64,000 nucleotides of DNA from an uncultured Gemmatimonadales bacterium. Its GTDB lineage: Bacteria; Gemmatimonadota; Gemmatimonadetes; Longimicrobiales; Longimicrobiaceae. Under the pieces are notes generated by a model. The model saw nothing but the letters and a program-made list of their open reading frames with translations. It did no database searches and was not told the origin of the DNA. The position numbers and the translations under genes are program-made. The stretch lies in NCBI GenBank assembly GCA_963716255.1, contig OY970303.1, positions 3,648,001-3,712,000 of the forward strand, written 5' to 3'. Positions 26,535-35,154 of the stretch are shown here, one piece after another. Every line of letters begins with the position of its first letter. The stretch's first letter is position 1.

Positions 26535-27767
26535 TCAAGCCCCCGAGGCGAACTCCGCAACCCCCTGCTTGCGCAGCGCCTTCTGCACGTACATGGCGTC
26601 GTCCGCGCCGCGGATGGCCGCCTCCAGTCCCTCGGCGTCCGCGTAATCGGCGCTTCCCAGGCTGAGCAGCAGCGGCGTGGTGGCCTCCGTGCGCAGCTCG
26701 CGCGACAGCCGCCCGATGCGCTCCTCCAGCAGCGGCTGCACCTCGTCGCAGCGGGCGCCCGGCATCAGCAGCAGGAACTCGTCGCCCCCCCAGCGGAAGA
26801 GCCGGTCCACGGGGCGCGTGGCGTGGCGCAGCACCTCGGCGGCGGCGCGCAGCAGCTCGTCGCCCGCGGAGTGGCCCAGGGCGTCGTTGACGGTCTTGAG
26901 GTTGTCCAGGTCCACCATCACCACGGCGCCGAAGCTGGCGCGCGCGCCCTCCAGCGCCACCTGCTCCACGAAGGCGCGGCGGTTCAGGCAGCCGGTGAGC
27001 GCGTCGTACAGCGACACGCGGCGCAGCCGGTCGTGCGCCACCGCGAGCTCGGCGTGGGCGTCGTCCACCTCGCGCTTGGAGTCCTCCATCAGCAGCACCA
27101 CCATGCCGTACCCCAGCAGCACCTGCACCAGCAGGTCGAAGTAGGCGTTGTACTGCACCACCACCCGCAGCGGGGCCGGGAAGGAGGCCAGGCGCCCCAG
27201 GAAGCCGAAGGCGGCGAAGTACACTGCCCACTGCGTGGCCATGATCGCGAAGAAGACCCCGGTGGCGCGGCTTCCCAGCGAGCGGCGCGACGGCGGCAGG
27301 AGGAGGAAGCGGCTGCTGCTGTAGGCGAGCGCGGCCACGGCCACCGGGCACTGCCACAGGAAGGTGCGCTCGACCCCGCCCGAGAAGGTCACCGCCAGCA
27401 GGGCGTAGGCGGCGATGCCGGCCAGCCAGTACGGGGTGGTGCCGCGCAGCCGCAGCCCCGAGCAGTAGGAGGCGGTGCCGGCGGCCAGAAGCCCGAAGAA
27501 CGCCAGCTTGCCGTACAGGTACACCAGGCGCAGCACCGGCCCCGCCACGGCGCGCGCCGGCGAGTCGGGGAGGAGGAGGTACAGCGACATCAGGGCGGAG
27601 AGCGCCGCGGCCAGCGACAGCCAGCCCCGACCCCAGTACAGGAAGTAGCGGCGCCGGCTGGCGTTGTGGAAGAGAAGGAAGAAGAGCGCGATGAGGAGGA
27701 CGGCGCCGCCCAGCTGCGCGACGAGCCCGACGACGGAGATCAGCCTGCGGACTTCCTCGCTCGACAT
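26535..27767 (-). CDS. Membrane-bound diguanylate cyclase
   Basis: About 7 TM helices; DALTGCLNRR, DLDNLKTVND..GH..GD, RWGGDEF. Confidence 0.93.
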   Translation of the reverse strand: MSSEEVRRLISVVGLVAQLGGAVLLIALFFLLFHNASRRRYFLYWGRGWLSLAAALSALMSLYLLLPDSPARAVAGPVLRLVYLYGKLAFFGLLAAGTASYCSGLRLRGTTPYWLAGIAAYALLAVTFSGGVERTFLWQCPVAVAALAYSSSRFLLLPPSRRSLGSRATGVFFAIMATQWAVYFAAFGFLGRLASFPAPLRVVVQYNAYFDLLVQVLLGYGMVVLLMEDSKREVDDAHAELAVAHDRLRRVSLYDALTGCLNRRAFVEQVALEGARASFGAVVMVDLDNLKTVNDALGHSAGDELLRAAAEVLRHATRPVDRLFRWGGDEFLLLMPGARCDEVQPLLEERIGRLSRELRTEATTPLLLSLGSADYADAEGLEAAIRGADDAMYVQKALRKQGVAEFASGA

Positions 27768-28170
27768 CAGAAGCGGTGCCGGTGGAGGGGGAGGATGCGC
27801 CCGGGCGGCGGCGTGCATACGGGACCGGAACCGGGCGGGAAATGTAACCTTCCGCCACCCAGGCGCCACCCCCCGACCCCCTCGCGCCACGGTGGCGCGG
27901 ATCGTCCGGAAGCAACGGGAAACCTTGTGGATGCGTACCGGGGACGTATGATGTAGAACACGGCAGCTACTCTGGACTCCGGCGGGGCGCGCTCGTGCCC
28001 GGGTGCCGGACCGCACACCTCCACGCGGCTACCTCGCTGCGTGCGCTCCGCGCACGCGGCTCGTCCTCGTCCGCCTCCGGCCGCCGGCCGGCGTCTTTCC
28101 CCCCCACCAGGAGGCTCCGCTGCACATCCGCACGTCGGCGTTCACCCCGTACCATCCCTACGGAGGAAGC

Positions 28171-31100
28171 ATGTTCAAACGAATGTGGTATCTGCTTGCG
28201 GCCGTCTCGCTGCTCGCCGGGGTCGCTCCCGCGGCGGCGCAGCAGCGGCAGGTCACGGGCGTCGTGACCGGGTCCAACCAGGCGCCGCTCGCCGGCGCCG
28301 CCGTCACTCTCACGGGGACGCGCCGCGGCGTGGTCACCGACGCGCGCGGCGCGTTCTCCATCTCGGTTCCGGACGGCGAGGCGCGGCTCACGGTGAGCCA
28401 GCTGGGCTACTCCAGCCGCCAGGTGGTCGTCCCCACCGGGCAGAGCGCGGTCAACGTCGCGCTGGAGCAGGACATCCTCAACCTGGAGGGGCTGGTGGTG
28501 ACCGGCCAGGCCACCTCGGTGCGCCGGCAGAACGCCGCCAACGCGGTCGCCGTGGTCTCCGCGCAGGAGCTGCAGCGCGCCCCGGCGCAGACCGTGGAGA
28601 AGGCGCTCCAGGGCAAGATCGCCGGCGCCAGCATCTCCACCAACTCGGGCGCTCCCGGCGGCGGCGCGCAGATCCGCATCCGCGGCGTCTCGTCGCTCAT
28701 CGGCAACTCCGAGCCGCTGTACGTGATGGACGGGGTGGTGCTCGCCAACACCTCCATTCCCGGCGGCCAGAACGTGGTCAGCGGCGCCGGCACCCGCACC
28801 GCGCTCAACTCGGTGCAGGACAACGTCGTCAACCGCGTGGCCGACATCAACCCCAACGACATCGAGAGCATCGAGGTGCTCAAGGGCGCGTCGGCGTCGG
28901 CCATCTACGGCTCCAAGGCCGCCAACGGGGTGATCATCATCACCACCAAGCGCGGTCAGGCGGGCCGGCCCCGCTACAACGTGACGCAGCGCCTGGGCTA
29001 CTCGGAGCAGGCCCGCTCGCTGGGCTCGCGCGACTGGACCCGCGACGAGGCGGTCGCGGAGTTCGGGGCGGAGGTGGCCGGGTACTTCAACGCCGACGGC
29101 TCGCCGAAGGCCACCTACGACAACGAGAGCGCGGTGTTCGGGCGCCAGGCGCCGGGCCGCGAGACCACGCTGAGCGTGAGCGGCGGCACCGAGAGCACCC
29201 GCTACTACTTCTCGGGCACGGTGCTGGACGAGCAGGGGATCGCCGCGAACACCGGGTACGAGAAGCAGGGGATCCGCGTGGCCGTGGACCAGAACATCGG
29301 CCGGCGGGGCAAGCTGAGCGCTTCGGCCAACATCCTGCACTCCATCGCGGCGCGCGGGCTCACGGGCAACGACAACAACGGCGTCAGCTACTACGCCGCG
29401 GTATCGTTCACGCCCAGCTTCTACGACCTGACGCAGCGCGAGAACGGGCTGTACCTGGACAACCCGTTCGCCGCCAGCAACCCGGTGCAGACCGCGGCGC
29501 TCTCCACCAACGACGAGAACGTGTGGCGGAACATCGCCTCGCTGAACTTCACCTACGACCTGCTGCAGGCCGAGAGCCACACGCTCAAGCTGGTGTCCAC
29601 CGGCGGGGCGGACTTCTTCCAGCAGCGCAACGAGCTGTACTACCCGCCCACGCTGCAGTTCGAGAGCGACGACAACCTGCCGGGGACGGCGCTCAACGCC
29701 AACGGGGCGAGCACCAACCTGACGGGGAACGCCAACCTGGTGTACACCTTCGCGCCCGCCTCCGGCGTGCTCACCGCCACCACCTCGGGCGGCGTGCAGT
29801 ACTCGGACGTGGACCTGAAGTTCAACACCATCGCGGGGCGCAACCTCACGGGCGACATCCGCGTGCCGGAGCTGGCCGCCGACGTCAAGGTGGACGGGTA
29901 CCGCACCCGCAACCGCGACCTGGGGATGTTCATCCAGCAGGACGTGCTCACCCTGGGCGACCGGCTGAACCTTACGGGCAGCCTGCGCGCCGACCGCAGC
30001 AGCGGCGACGCGGACGTGGACAAGTACTACTACTACCCCAAGGCGGCGGCGTCCTTCCGGTTCGGCGAGATGACGAACTGGCTGAACGACTTCAAGCTGC
30101 GCGCCGCCTACGGCTCCAGCGGCAACCAGCCGCTCTTCGGGCAGAAGTTCACCCGCCTGCAGCCGGGCGTGAACGTGGAGGGCAACCCCACGCTGACGGT
30201 GCTGGGCACCGTGGGCGCCCCCGACCTGCGCCCGGAGCGCGCCACCGAGCTCGAGGGCGGGTTCGACGCCACCCTGTTCGGCGGCAACGCGCGGCTCGAG
30301 CTCACGGGCTACCGCAAGTCGGTGACCGACTTCCTGCTGTCGCGCGGGCTGGCCTCGTCCAGCGGCTTCACCACGTACTACTTCAACGGCGGCGAGCTCA
30401 AGGCGCACGGCTTCGAGGCCATGCTGGAGGCCACCCCGGTGCGCACCGGCGACTTCGACTGGATCTCGCGCACCACCTTCGCGATGAACCGCCAGGAGAT
30501 CGTGAACCTGCCGGTGCCCCCGTTCCGCCCCGCCAACTCCAGCTTCGGCTACCTGTACGGCGGCTACAAGATCCAGAACAACCAGTCGCCCACGGCCATG
30601 ATCGGGTACAGGCCCGACTCGGCCGGCGTGCGCCGCGAGACGGTGTACGGCGACGCGGAGCCCGATTTCCAGATGGGCTTCACCAACGACTTCCGCATGG
30701 GCCGCTTCACGCTCTCCTCGCTGCTGGACTGGAGCCGCGGCGGGCTGGTGGCCAACCTCACCCGCAGCTACTACGACGACGCCCGCAACGCGCCGGACTG
30801 GTTCGCGCCGGCCGACCGCGTGGGCGCCGACGGCAAGGTGAGCCCGCGCCCGCTGGCCGAGTGCGGCCCGCAGTGCCTCACCGGGCAGGAGCGCGTGGCG
30901 CTGAACGGCCCGTACTCGGTGTACATCGAGGACGCGTCCTTCGTGAAGCTGCGCGAGGTGTCGCTCACCTACGACGTGCCGAGCACGCTGCTTTCCGCGA
31001 CCCGCATCGGCACCATCAGCGACGCGCGCGTCACCTTCAGCGCCCGCAATCCCTGGATGTGGACGGCGTACACCGGGCTGGACCCCGAGGTCAGCAACTT

Positions 31101-31188
31101 CGGCAACCGCTCGGTGGGACGGAACATCGACGTGACCCCGTTCCCGCCCAGCCGCAGCTTCTGGCTCACCGTCAACCTCGGGTTCTGA
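28171..31188 (+). CDS. susC: SusC/RagA-family TonB-dependent outer-membrane transporter
   Basis: GGAGG RBS; signal peptide; IRIRG, PLYVMDGV, DINPNDIESIEVLKGASASAIYGSKAANGVIIITTK; C-terminal Phe. Confidence 0.96.
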   Translation: MFKRMWYLLAAVSLLAGVAPAAAQQRQVTGVVTGSNQAPLAGAAVTLTGTRRGVVTDARGAFSISVPDGEARLTVSQLGYSSRQVVVPTGQSAVNVALEQDILNLEGLVVTGQATSVRRQNAANAVAVVSAQELQRAPAQTVEKALQGKIAGASISTNSGAPGGGAQIRIRGVSSLIGNSEPLYVMDGVVLANTSIPGGQNVVSGAGTRTALNSVQDNVVNRVADINPNDIESIEVLKGASASAIYGSKAANGVIIITTKRGQAGRPRYNVTQRLGYSEQARSLGSRDWTRDEAVAEFGAEVAGYFNADGSPKATYDNESAVFGRQAPGRETTLSVSGGTESTRYYFSGTVLDEQGIAANTGYEKQGIRVAVDQNIGRRGKLSASANILHSIAARGLTGNDNNGVSYYAAVSFTPSFYDLTQRENGLYLDNPFAASNPVQTAALSTNDENVWRNIASLNFTYDLLQAESHTLKLVSTGGADFFQQRNELYYPPTLQFESDDNLPGTALNANGASTNLTGNANLVYTFAPASGVLTATTSGGVQYSDVDLKFNTIAGRNLTGDIRVPELAADVKVDGYRTRNRDLGMFIQQDVLTLGDRLNLTGSLRADRSSGDADVDKYYYYPKAAASFRFGEMTNWLNDFKLRAAYGSSGNQPLFGQKFTRLQPGVNVEGNPTLTVLGTVGAPDLRPERATELEGGFDATLFGGNARLELTGYRKSVTDFLLSRGLASSSGFTTYYFNGGELKAHGFEAMLEATPVRTGDFDWISRTTFAMNRQEIVNLPVPPFRPANSSFGYLYGGYKIQNNQSPTAMIGYRPDSAGVRRETVYGDAEPDFQMGFTNDFRMGRFTLSSLLDWSRGGLVANLTRSYYDDARNAPDWFAPADRVGADGKVSPRPLAECGPQCLTGQERVALNGPYSVYIEDASFVKLREVSLTYDVPSTLLSATRIGTISDARVTFSARNPWMWTAYTGLDPEVSNFGNRSVGRNIDVTPFPPSRSFWLTVNLGF

Positions 31189-31191
31189 ACC

Positions 31192-32640
31192 ATGTGGCAA
31201 TCCAAGCATGAGCCCGCCGGCCAGGGGCGCAGGCCTTCCAGGCGGGGCGCGTCCCTCCTGGCGGGGGCGCTGCTCCTGGCCGGGTGCGGCCAGGACCTCA
31301 CGGTCCCGGACTACAACTACGGGAGCCTCCAGGACCTTCAGAGCAACCCCACCAACGCCGCCGTGTCGGCCACCGTGGTGGGGCTGATCCACACCAGCCG
31401 CCAGAACATGGACCGGCTGGTGCTGCTGGGCGGCCACCCCGGACGCGAGGGGTACTACTTCGACCCCAACGAGCCGCGGTACGTGCGCCAGCTCGTCGCC
31501 GGCAACCCGGACCCTTCGGACTTCACCGGGAGCGTCTACTGGACGATCCCGTACGCCAACGTGCGCGCGGCGGAGATCGTCCTCGCGGTGCTCGACAACC
31601 CGCGGCTGACCTTCAGCGACGCCGAGCGCGAGGGGATCCGCGGCTTCGCCAAGACCACCAAGGCGTACGACCTGCTCAACCAGCTCCAGTTCCGGGAAAA
31701 GATCCCCGTGACCGTGAGCGTGGACCCCACCGAGCCGGCCCCGCTGGCGGACCGCGCGGCGGCGTACACCGAGATCGCCAAGCTGCTGGACGAGGGCAAG
31801 GCGCACCTGGACCGGGCGGGGTCCAGCTTCGCCTTTCCCATGGGGAGCGGGTACAACCAGTACGGCTTCAACACCCCCGCGGCCTACGGCCAGGTGAACC
31901 GCGCCATCAAGGCGCGGCTGGAGGCGTACCGCACCAGCGAGACGGGGCGCGGCACCGCCGGCTACCAGGCGGTGCTCACCGCGCTGGGCGGCACCTTCCT
32001 GGCGGCGGACCGGGCGCAGCTCAACCGCGGCGCCTACCACGCCTTCAGCCCGGGAACGGGGGACCTGGCCAACCCGCTCAGCGACCCCAGCGGCAAGACG
32101 GTGGCCGACCCGCGGCTGCGCACCGACGCCGAGCTGCAGGCCAGCGGCCTGCGCGACGCCCGGTACCTGGCCAAGGTGGACTCCGGCTTCAACAACTCGC
32201 TGCTGGACCTGCGCAGCGACCTGCGCTTCTCGCTGTACCTGACCAAGCCGTTCTACGGGTCGGGGCAGAAGGCGTCGCCCATCCCGCTGGTCCGCAACGA
32301 GGAGCTGATCCTGCTGCGCGCCGAGGCGCGGTGGTTCACGGGCGACCGGACGGGCGCCACGGCGGACCTCAACTTCATCCGCCAGAACTCCGGGAACCTG
32401 GCGCCCATCGCGCAGCCGGCGAACGACGACGCGTTCATCACGGCGCTGCTCAAGGAGCGCCGCTACTCCCTGATGTTCGAGGGGGCGCACCGCTGGATCG
32501 ACCACCGGCGGTTCGGGCGGCTGCGCCAGCTGGACTCCACCAATGCGACGCGGCCGGGGGACAAGGTGTTCACCTACTTCCCGTACCCGACGGCGGAGTG
32601 CGACGCGCGCAACATCAGTCCGTGCGTGGGGGTGAGCTAG
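31192..32640 (+). CDS. susD: SusD/RagB-family lipoprotein
   Basis: LLAGC lipobox; RNEELILLRAEA, DLNFIR, ERRYSLMFEGAHRWIDHRR; directly follows susC. Confidence 0.93.
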   Translation: MWQSKHEPAGQGRRPSRRGASLLAGALLLAGCGQDLTVPDYNYGSLQDLQSNPTNAAVSATVVGLIHTSRQNMDRLVLLGGHPGREGYYFDPNEPRYVRQLVAGNPDPSDFTGSVYWTIPYANVRAAEIVLAVLDNPRLTFSDAEREGIRGFAKTTKAYDLLNQLQFREKIPVTVSVDPTEPAPLADRAAAYTEIAKLLDEGKAHLDRAGSSFAFPMGSGYNQYGFNTPAAYGQVNRAIKARLEAYRTSETGRGTAGYQAVLTALGGTFLAADRAQLNRGAYHAFSPGTGDLANPLSDPSGKTVADPRLRTDAELQASGLRDARYLAKVDSGFNNSLLDLRSDLRFSLYLTKPFYGSGQKASPIPLVRNEELILLRAEARWFTGDRTGATADLNFIRQNSGNLAPIAQPANDDAFITALLKERRYSLMFEGAHRWIDHRRFGRLRQLDSTNATRPGDKVFTYFPYPTAECDARNISPCVGVS

Positions 32641-32662
32641 AGAAAAAAACAACTGCGGGGGT

Positions 32663-32792
32663 GGGCGTGCCCCCGGCTGGCGCCGGGGTCGGGCTTCGGC
32701 TCCGTAAGCGAGCAAACTACGCTCGCTAACGGAGTCGAGCCCCCGCGAAACTGCCGCGGGGTCTCGCCCCTTCGGGCCGAAATCCCTCACGC
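32663..32792 (-). repeat. Structured repeat family 1, copy 2
   Basis: Reverse complement of the consensus; P5 upper stem GCGAGC/GCTCGC. Confidence 0.92.
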
Positions 32793-32838
32793 AACGGCAG
32801 GCCCCCTCCCCCGCAAGCGGGAGAGGGGGAGCCCTTCG

Positions 32839-32877
32839 AAAGCCCGTTCCGGCGATGCTTGCCGGGACGGGCTTTTT
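32839..32877. terminator. Bidirectional intrinsic terminator
   Basis: AAAGCCCGTTCCGGC-gatgctt-GCCGGGACGGGCTTTTT between the convergent susD and endonuclease III-like genes. Confidence 0.8.
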
Positions 32878-32911
32878 CGTCCGCGAGCCCGCGGACGCCA
32901 GCACGATGCCC

Positions 32912-33039
32912 GCGTGAGGGATGCGAGCGCGAAGCGGCGAGACCCGCCGGCAGTTTGGCGGGGCTCGCCTCCGTTACGCACGGTTGTTTCGTGCGTTACG
33001 GAGCCGCAGCCCGACCCCGGCGCAGCCGGGGGCACGCCC
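32912..33039 (+). repeat. Structured repeat family 1, copy 3 (divergent variant)
   Basis: TGCG/CGCA replaces TTCG/CGAA and CGC-GAA-GCG replaces CCC-GAA-GGG. Confidence 0.9.
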
Positions 33040-33077
33040 GCCTCCGCGGTCCACCGCTGTTCAAAGCGGTTCCGGGA

Positions 33078-33812
33078 TCAGTCCGCCGGCTGCGTCTCGG
33101 GCTTTCTGCCCAGCTTCGCCATGCGCGCCTGGCCGAAGGGGCACAGGTCCAGCACGGGGCAGCGCCAGCACTCGGGGGACTGGTGGTAGCAGCAGCGCTG
33201 GCCGTGGAGCATCAGCGCTTCGTGGTTGTCGTACACCTGCTGGGCGTCCCAGTCGGGGGGGAGCTGGGCTTCCAGCAGGGCATGGGCGGGGCCCACGGAC
33301 ACGCTGGCGGGGATCAGGCCCAGGCGCGCGGCCACGCGGTGGTGGTGGCTGTCCACCGGGAGGGCGGGGAGGCGCAGGCGGCTGAAGAGCAGGGTGGCGG
33401 CGCTGGTCTTGGGGCCCACGCCGGGCATGGACTCCAGCCAGTCGCGGGCCTCGCGCACCGGCAGCTCCGCCAGGAAGTCCAGCGACAGCTCGCCGCCGCG
33501 GCGGGCGGTGATCTCGCGCAGCACGGCCTGGATGCGCGGGGCCTTCTGCTCCGGCCAGGTGGCGGGGGACACGGCGTCCTGCACCGCGTCCACGGGCGCG
33601 TCGCGCGCCGCCTCCCAGGTGGGAAAGCGCTCGCGGAGCTGCCGGAAGGCGCGGCCGGAGTCGCGGTTCTTGGTGCGGTGGGAGAGCAGCGAGGACACCA
33701 GCTCGCTGAGCGGGTCCAGCTCGTGGAAGAAGGGGATGGGGCAGCCGTAGGCGGCGCACAGCCGCCGGTGCACCAGCATCGCCCTGTCGCGGAGGAGATC
33801 GGGGTCGCGCAT
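33078..33812 (-). CDS. Endonuclease III-like HhH-GPD DNA glycosylase with 4Fe-4S motif
   Basis: LESMPGVGPKTSA (HhH), LPVDSH, C..C..C..C tail (CYHQSPECWRCPVLDLC). Confidence 0.92.
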   Translation of the reverse strand: MRDPDLLRDRAMLVHRRLCAAYGCPIPFFHELDPLSELVSSLLSHRTKNRDSGRAFRQLRERFPTWEAARDAPVDAVQDAVSPATWPEQKAPRIQAVLREITARRGGELSLDFLAELPVREARDWLESMPGVGPKTSAATLLFSRLRLPALPVDSHHHRVAARLGLIPASVSVGPAHALLEAQLPPDWDAQQVYDNHEALMLHGQRCCYHQSPECWRCPVLDLCPFGQARMAKLGRKPETQPAD

Positions 33813-33872
33813 GGGGGCGGGGGCACGGCAAACCGCGGGCCGCGCCGTCCACGACGTCCATTTCCGCGCCGG

Positions 33873-34553
33873 TCAGTCGCCCCGGTCCAGGCGGCGGATG
33901 CCGCGGTTCAGGTGCCGCATCTCGCGCTTCTCGAGCCGCACCCGCTTCTTGGCCTCGCTGCGGCTTTCGCCGGGGAGGCGGGTGTGGATCTCCACCCCGC
34001 CCATGAGCGCGACCCCGCCCACGCGGATCACCGGCGCCCCCGGGTCCGGGGGGCCGGCGGCGAGGCGCTGCTCGTCGAACGCGCCCATGATCCCGATCCC
34101 CTCCACCTCCACCCGCACCCCGGGCGGCACGGTGATCTCCACCCCGCCCATGAGGGCGAACACCGTGACCTCCACGATCCCCGGTCCGAAGCGGGCCTCG
34201 CGGAAGTCCAGCTCCGCCCCGCCCATGATGGCGAACACGTGGAGCTGCCGCGGGGGCACCCAGCTACCCTTGCGGGTGGCGGCGCCCATCACCGCCACCA
34301 CCACCTGCTTGTCGCGCACCTCGGCCACCGGCGCCGTGAGCGTGGCGGGCGAGCCGGGGGCGTGCAGCGCGGGCAGGTCGGCGACGAGCACGTCCAGCTC
34401 CTGAAGCGACCGGGCGGCGTGCGCGCGGTCCAGCCGGTCCTCGAACTGGCCGTCGTCCAGGGCGTCGTGGGCGTAGTGCTCGCAGAGCTCCGTGATGACG
34501 CGCTCCCGCGCCTTGTCCAGCGCGGCGGGAGGGCGGGCGGGGAGGTCGCTCAT
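33873..34553 (-). CDS. DUF1707 (SHOCT-like) plus LiaF-like C-terminal domain protein
   Basis: RERVITEL..F EDRLD.A..A..EL..LVADLP; AIMGGAELDFREA; ALMGGVEI. Confidence 0.85.
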   Translation of the reverse strand: MSDLPARPPAALDKARERVITELCEHYAHDALDDGQFEDRLDRAHAARSLQELDVLVADLPALHAPGSPATLTAPVAEVRDKQVVVAVMGAATRKGSWVPPRQLHVFAIMGGAELDFREARFGPGIVEVTVFALMGGVEITVPPGVRVEVEGIGIMGAFDEQRLAAGPPDPGAPVIRVGGVALMGGVEIHTRLPGESRSEAKKRVRLEKREMRHLNRGIRRLDRGD

Positions 34554-34691
34554 GGCGGGGTGCGGCTTCGGGTGCGGTCGTGAAGGGGCTGGGCGCGTCC
34601 GCCGGGCGCGGCGCTCCCACCCCTGGAACGTAGGCCCGGCGGGGGACGCGGGCAACCGCCGCGCGTCGCGGATGCAGCCGGGGATCAGGTC

Positions 34692-34707
34692 GGGCACACC
34701 TGTTGCA
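34692..34707 (+). promoter_or_regulatory. Sigma54 (-24/-12) promoter candidate
   Basis: GGGCACACCTGTTGCA, i.e. GG-N10-GC, about 50 bp upstream of the small lipoprotein start. Confidence 0.6.
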
Positions 34708-34756
34708 CTGCTTCGCCACGGGGTTCGCTCATGGACTATCGATACGAGGAGAAACA

Positions 34757-34981
34757 ATGCGCGCCAACAGGCTTTTCTGGGTTCCGGTGCTCGCGGCGGG
34801 TCTGGTGATCGGTGGCTGCACGGCCGAGAAGACGCAGGAGGGCGAGATGCCCGACGTGGACGTCAAGGGCGGCCAGATGCCCAAGTACGACGTGGACGCG
34901 GCGGACGTGTCGGTGACCACGGACACGCAGAACGTGCAGGTGGTCACGCCGGACGTCGACGTCAAGGCGCCCAACAACTAG
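34757..34981 (+). CDS. Small lipoprotein, 74 aa
   Basis: GAGGAG RBS; VIGGC lipobox; EGEMPDVDVKGGQMPKYDVD repeat-like motif; own terminator. Confidence 0.85.
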   Translation: MRANRLFWVPVLAAGLVIGGCTAEKTQEGEMPDVDVKGGQMPKYDVDAADVSVTTDTQNVQVVTPDVDVKAPNN

Positions 34982-35000
34982 CCGGACGCCGTCCGACCTC

Positions 35001-35044
35001 CCGCGCCGGACCCGTTCTCCAGGGTCCGGCGCGGTTTCTTTTTG
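35001..35044 (+). terminator. Intrinsic terminator
   Basis: CCGCGCCGGACCC/GGGTCCGGCGCGG stem followed by TTTCTTTTTT. Confidence 0.85.
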
Positions 35045-35154
35045 CGCCCCGTTCCCCACGCTCCTAATATCCCCGGGCGTCCCGCCGTCGCAGGCTGTGG
35101 CGCTGCACGCTGCGCGTGCACCGGATGAACCCTGTCCCCTCTCTCCTGCCGTTC

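Noticed and set aside
27967..32904. 1645-aa minus ORF
   Set aside because: Antisense to susC/susD; a typical high-GC artefact
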